Below, piece by piece: positions 13,049-14,199 of a stretch of DNA of 14,199 nt. Both the position numbers and the translations under genes were made by a program. How positions within the stretch are numbered: position 1 is the stretch's first letter; the number at the start of each line of letters is the position of its first letter. The stretch comes from Phycisphaerales bacterium (GTDB lineage Bacteria > Planctomycetota > Phycisphaerae > Phycisphaerales > UBA1924). The stretch is taken from contig JAJDDL010000271.1 of assembly GCA_029260335.1 (NCBI GenBank), forward strand, positions 1 to 14,199, read 5' to 3'. The notes under the pieces were generated by a model. It saw only the letters and a program-made list of their open reading frames with translations. It searched no databases and had not been told where the DNA came from.

Positions 13049-13420
13049 TCAGAGACGTTCGAGCGATTCGCGGGTGAGATCACCCCCCGCCGAGCCCGTG
13101 TTGACGGTGCTCGTGGGCTCAAAGAGCATGACGTGGCACTCGGCATTGGCCACCGGCCGATGCTCCACGCCTCTGGGCACGATGATCATCTCGCCCTCAC
13201 GGACCTTGACCGACCGATCGCGAAACTCCATCGTCAAACTGCCGTGCAGCACGAAGAACGCCTCATCTTCATGCTCGTGGGAGTGCCAGACAAACTCGCC
13301 CTGCAGCTTTGCGAGCTTGATGTGCTGGCCGTTGAGCTCGCCGATGATCCGCGGATTCCAGTGATCCTGGAACAACGCGAGCTTCTGCTCGATGTTGATC
13401 GCGTCGGCGGACATGTTCAC
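13049..13420 (-). CDS. Small cupin-fold protein (cupin_2-like, 123 aa)
   Basis: The two cupin motifs are GEFVWHSHEHEDEAFFVLHGSL and GEMIIVPRGVEHRPVANAE. The GTG start at 13420 directly abuts the TGA of the upstream HD gene (tgaGTGaacATG). An in-frame ATG at 13414 is an alternative. Confidence 0.8.
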   Translation of the reverse strand: MNMSADAINIEQKLALFQDHWNPRIIGELNGQHIKLAKLQGEFVWHSHEHEDEAFFVLHGSLTMEFRDRSVKVREGEMIIVPRGVEHRPVANAECHVMLFEPTSTVNTGSAGGDLTRESLERL

Positions 13421-14199
13421 TCAACCCTCGGCGAGCGGATCTGGTTTGTAGAGCTTGGTATCCAAACCCCAGTGCTTCTGCGTGAAGTTGCCGCCCATGT
13501 CAAACGCGTCGGTCCGATCCGGCCGCGCGGTTTGCAACGCCATCTCGGTCTTCGCGTCCAAGTTGTCTAAGAGCGAGACAAAGATCGCCTCGGGCGTCGC
13601 CGGGATCTTCGCGGCGCCATACTCCGGCACGCCGTGATGGCTGATGATGATGTGCTGGAGCACCGTCATGGCGCCATGCGGCAAGCGCACGCCCTTGCTC
13701 GTCATCACCTGTTGGGCCTTGTCGTGGAGCATGATCGCGCCCTCGACAATGTGCCCGATCAGCTCGCCCCGATCGGTGTAGGTAAACGGGCCGTCGCACG
13801 CCAACTCGCGCGTCTTGCCCAGATCATGCAAGAACAGCCCAACAAGAACCAGGTCGCGATTGAGCTTGGGATACAAGGGCAGCATCGACTGCGCCAGGTT
13901 CATCAGTTGCAACGTGTGCGTAAGCAAGCCGCCGATGTACGCATGATGCAGTGCTTTCGCCGCGGGCGAGCGACGGAACGCTTCCATCAGATGCTCGTCT
14001 TCGAGATACGTTTCCACGAGCGCCTTCATCGCAGGATGCTCAACAGTCCCAAGAAGCTGCGAGAGCTCTGCAAACATCTCATCGAGCGAACGCTCGGCGG
14101 TCGGCAGCAACTCCGCCAGTTGCTGCTGGCTCGGCTCGAGCGAATCGATGCGATGGATGATGATTTGCATATCGCCCTGATACGCCTGGGTCTCACCCT
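13421..14199 (-). CDS. HD-domain phosphohydrolase, YhaM-like 3'-5' exoribonuclease family; probably 5'-partial, with the N-terminus upstream of the window end
   Basis: The HD motifs are ALHHAYIGGLLTHTLQ, LVGLFLHDLGK and ISHHGVPEYGAAKIPATPEAIFVSLLDNLDAK. The reading frame stays open from the in-window ATG at 14170 to the window edge at 14199. Only about 76 residues precede the HHAY motif, whereas YhaM-like proteins normally carry an OB-fold there. Confidence 0.8.
   Translation of the reverse strand, partial: GETQAYQGDMQIIIHRIDSLEPSQQQLAELLPTAERSLDEMFAELSQLLGTVEHPAMKALVETYLEDEHLMEAFRRSPAAKALHHAYIGGLLTHTLQLMNLAQSMLPLYPKLNRDLVLVGLFLHDLGKTRELACDGPFTYTDRGELIGHIVEGAIMLHDKAQQVMTSKGVRLPHGAMTVLQHIIISHHGVPEYGAAKIPATPEAIFVSLLDNLDAKTEMALQTARPDRTDAFDMGGNFTQKHWGLDTKLYKPDPLAEG

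Noticed and set aside
12923-13570. 215-aa plus-strand ORF across the cupin and HD genes
   Set aside because: The minus-strand frames contain clear cupin and HD motifs. The plus product has no features.
1-14199. Mobile elements, CRISPR arrays, tRNA or rRNA
   Set aside because: There are no transposase or integrase motifs, no terminal inverted repeats, no regularly spaced direct repeats and no tRNA-like cloverleaf candidates. GC content is uniform apart from short intergenic patches.

Overview
This is a GC-rich (about 63%) bacterial chromosomal segment with dense coding on both strands. Most long antisense ORFs in the six-frame track are spurious; the real genes were picked by protein-family motifs, signal peptides and ribosome-binding sites. 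The content points to Planctomycetota, probably a Phycisphaerae-like organism, for two reasons: there are several PEP-CTERM-type sorting signals, and a calcium-binding repeat protein has an N-terminal LE-x-LE-x-R-x-LLSA motif. This taxonomic call is inference.

Genes, in order:
- The N-terminal 274 aa of an acyl-CoA carboxyltransferase beta subunit, running off the window start (minus strand).
- Three tandem paralogous small secreted proteins (about 170 aa each) that end in a VPAPAT-type PEP-CTERM-like anchor, closed by a strong intrinsic terminator.
- An SPFH/flotillin-like (YqiK-like) membrane protein.
- A SAM-dependent methyltransferase with a roughly 170-aa N-terminal extension of unknown function. 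A perfect 10-bp inverted repeat covers its start codon.
- A very acidic RTX-like calcium-binding repeat protein on the minus strand. It has no Sec signal peptide and contains an internal 60-nt tandem duplication that encodes poly-Asp.
- A fourth PEP-CTERM-like protein with a beta-sandwich domain.
- An adrenodoxin-type [2Fe-2S] ferredoxin.
- A family-2 glycosyltransferase (polyprenyl-phosphate type), a LAB_N-domain membrane protein, and two translationally coupled hypothetical genes, likely one operon.
- A glycine-zipper lipoprotein with a Tyr/Arg/Asp-rich tail.
- A minus-strand cluster of a YhaM-like HD-domain protein (probably continuing past the window end), a small cupin, and a stand-alone Lon N-terminal-domain protein.

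No rRNA, tRNA, CRISPR array or recognisable mobile element was seen. The PEP-CTERM triplet, the acidic RTX-like protein and the two unassigned coupled ORFs are the most accessory-looking parts. No exosortase gene lies in this window.
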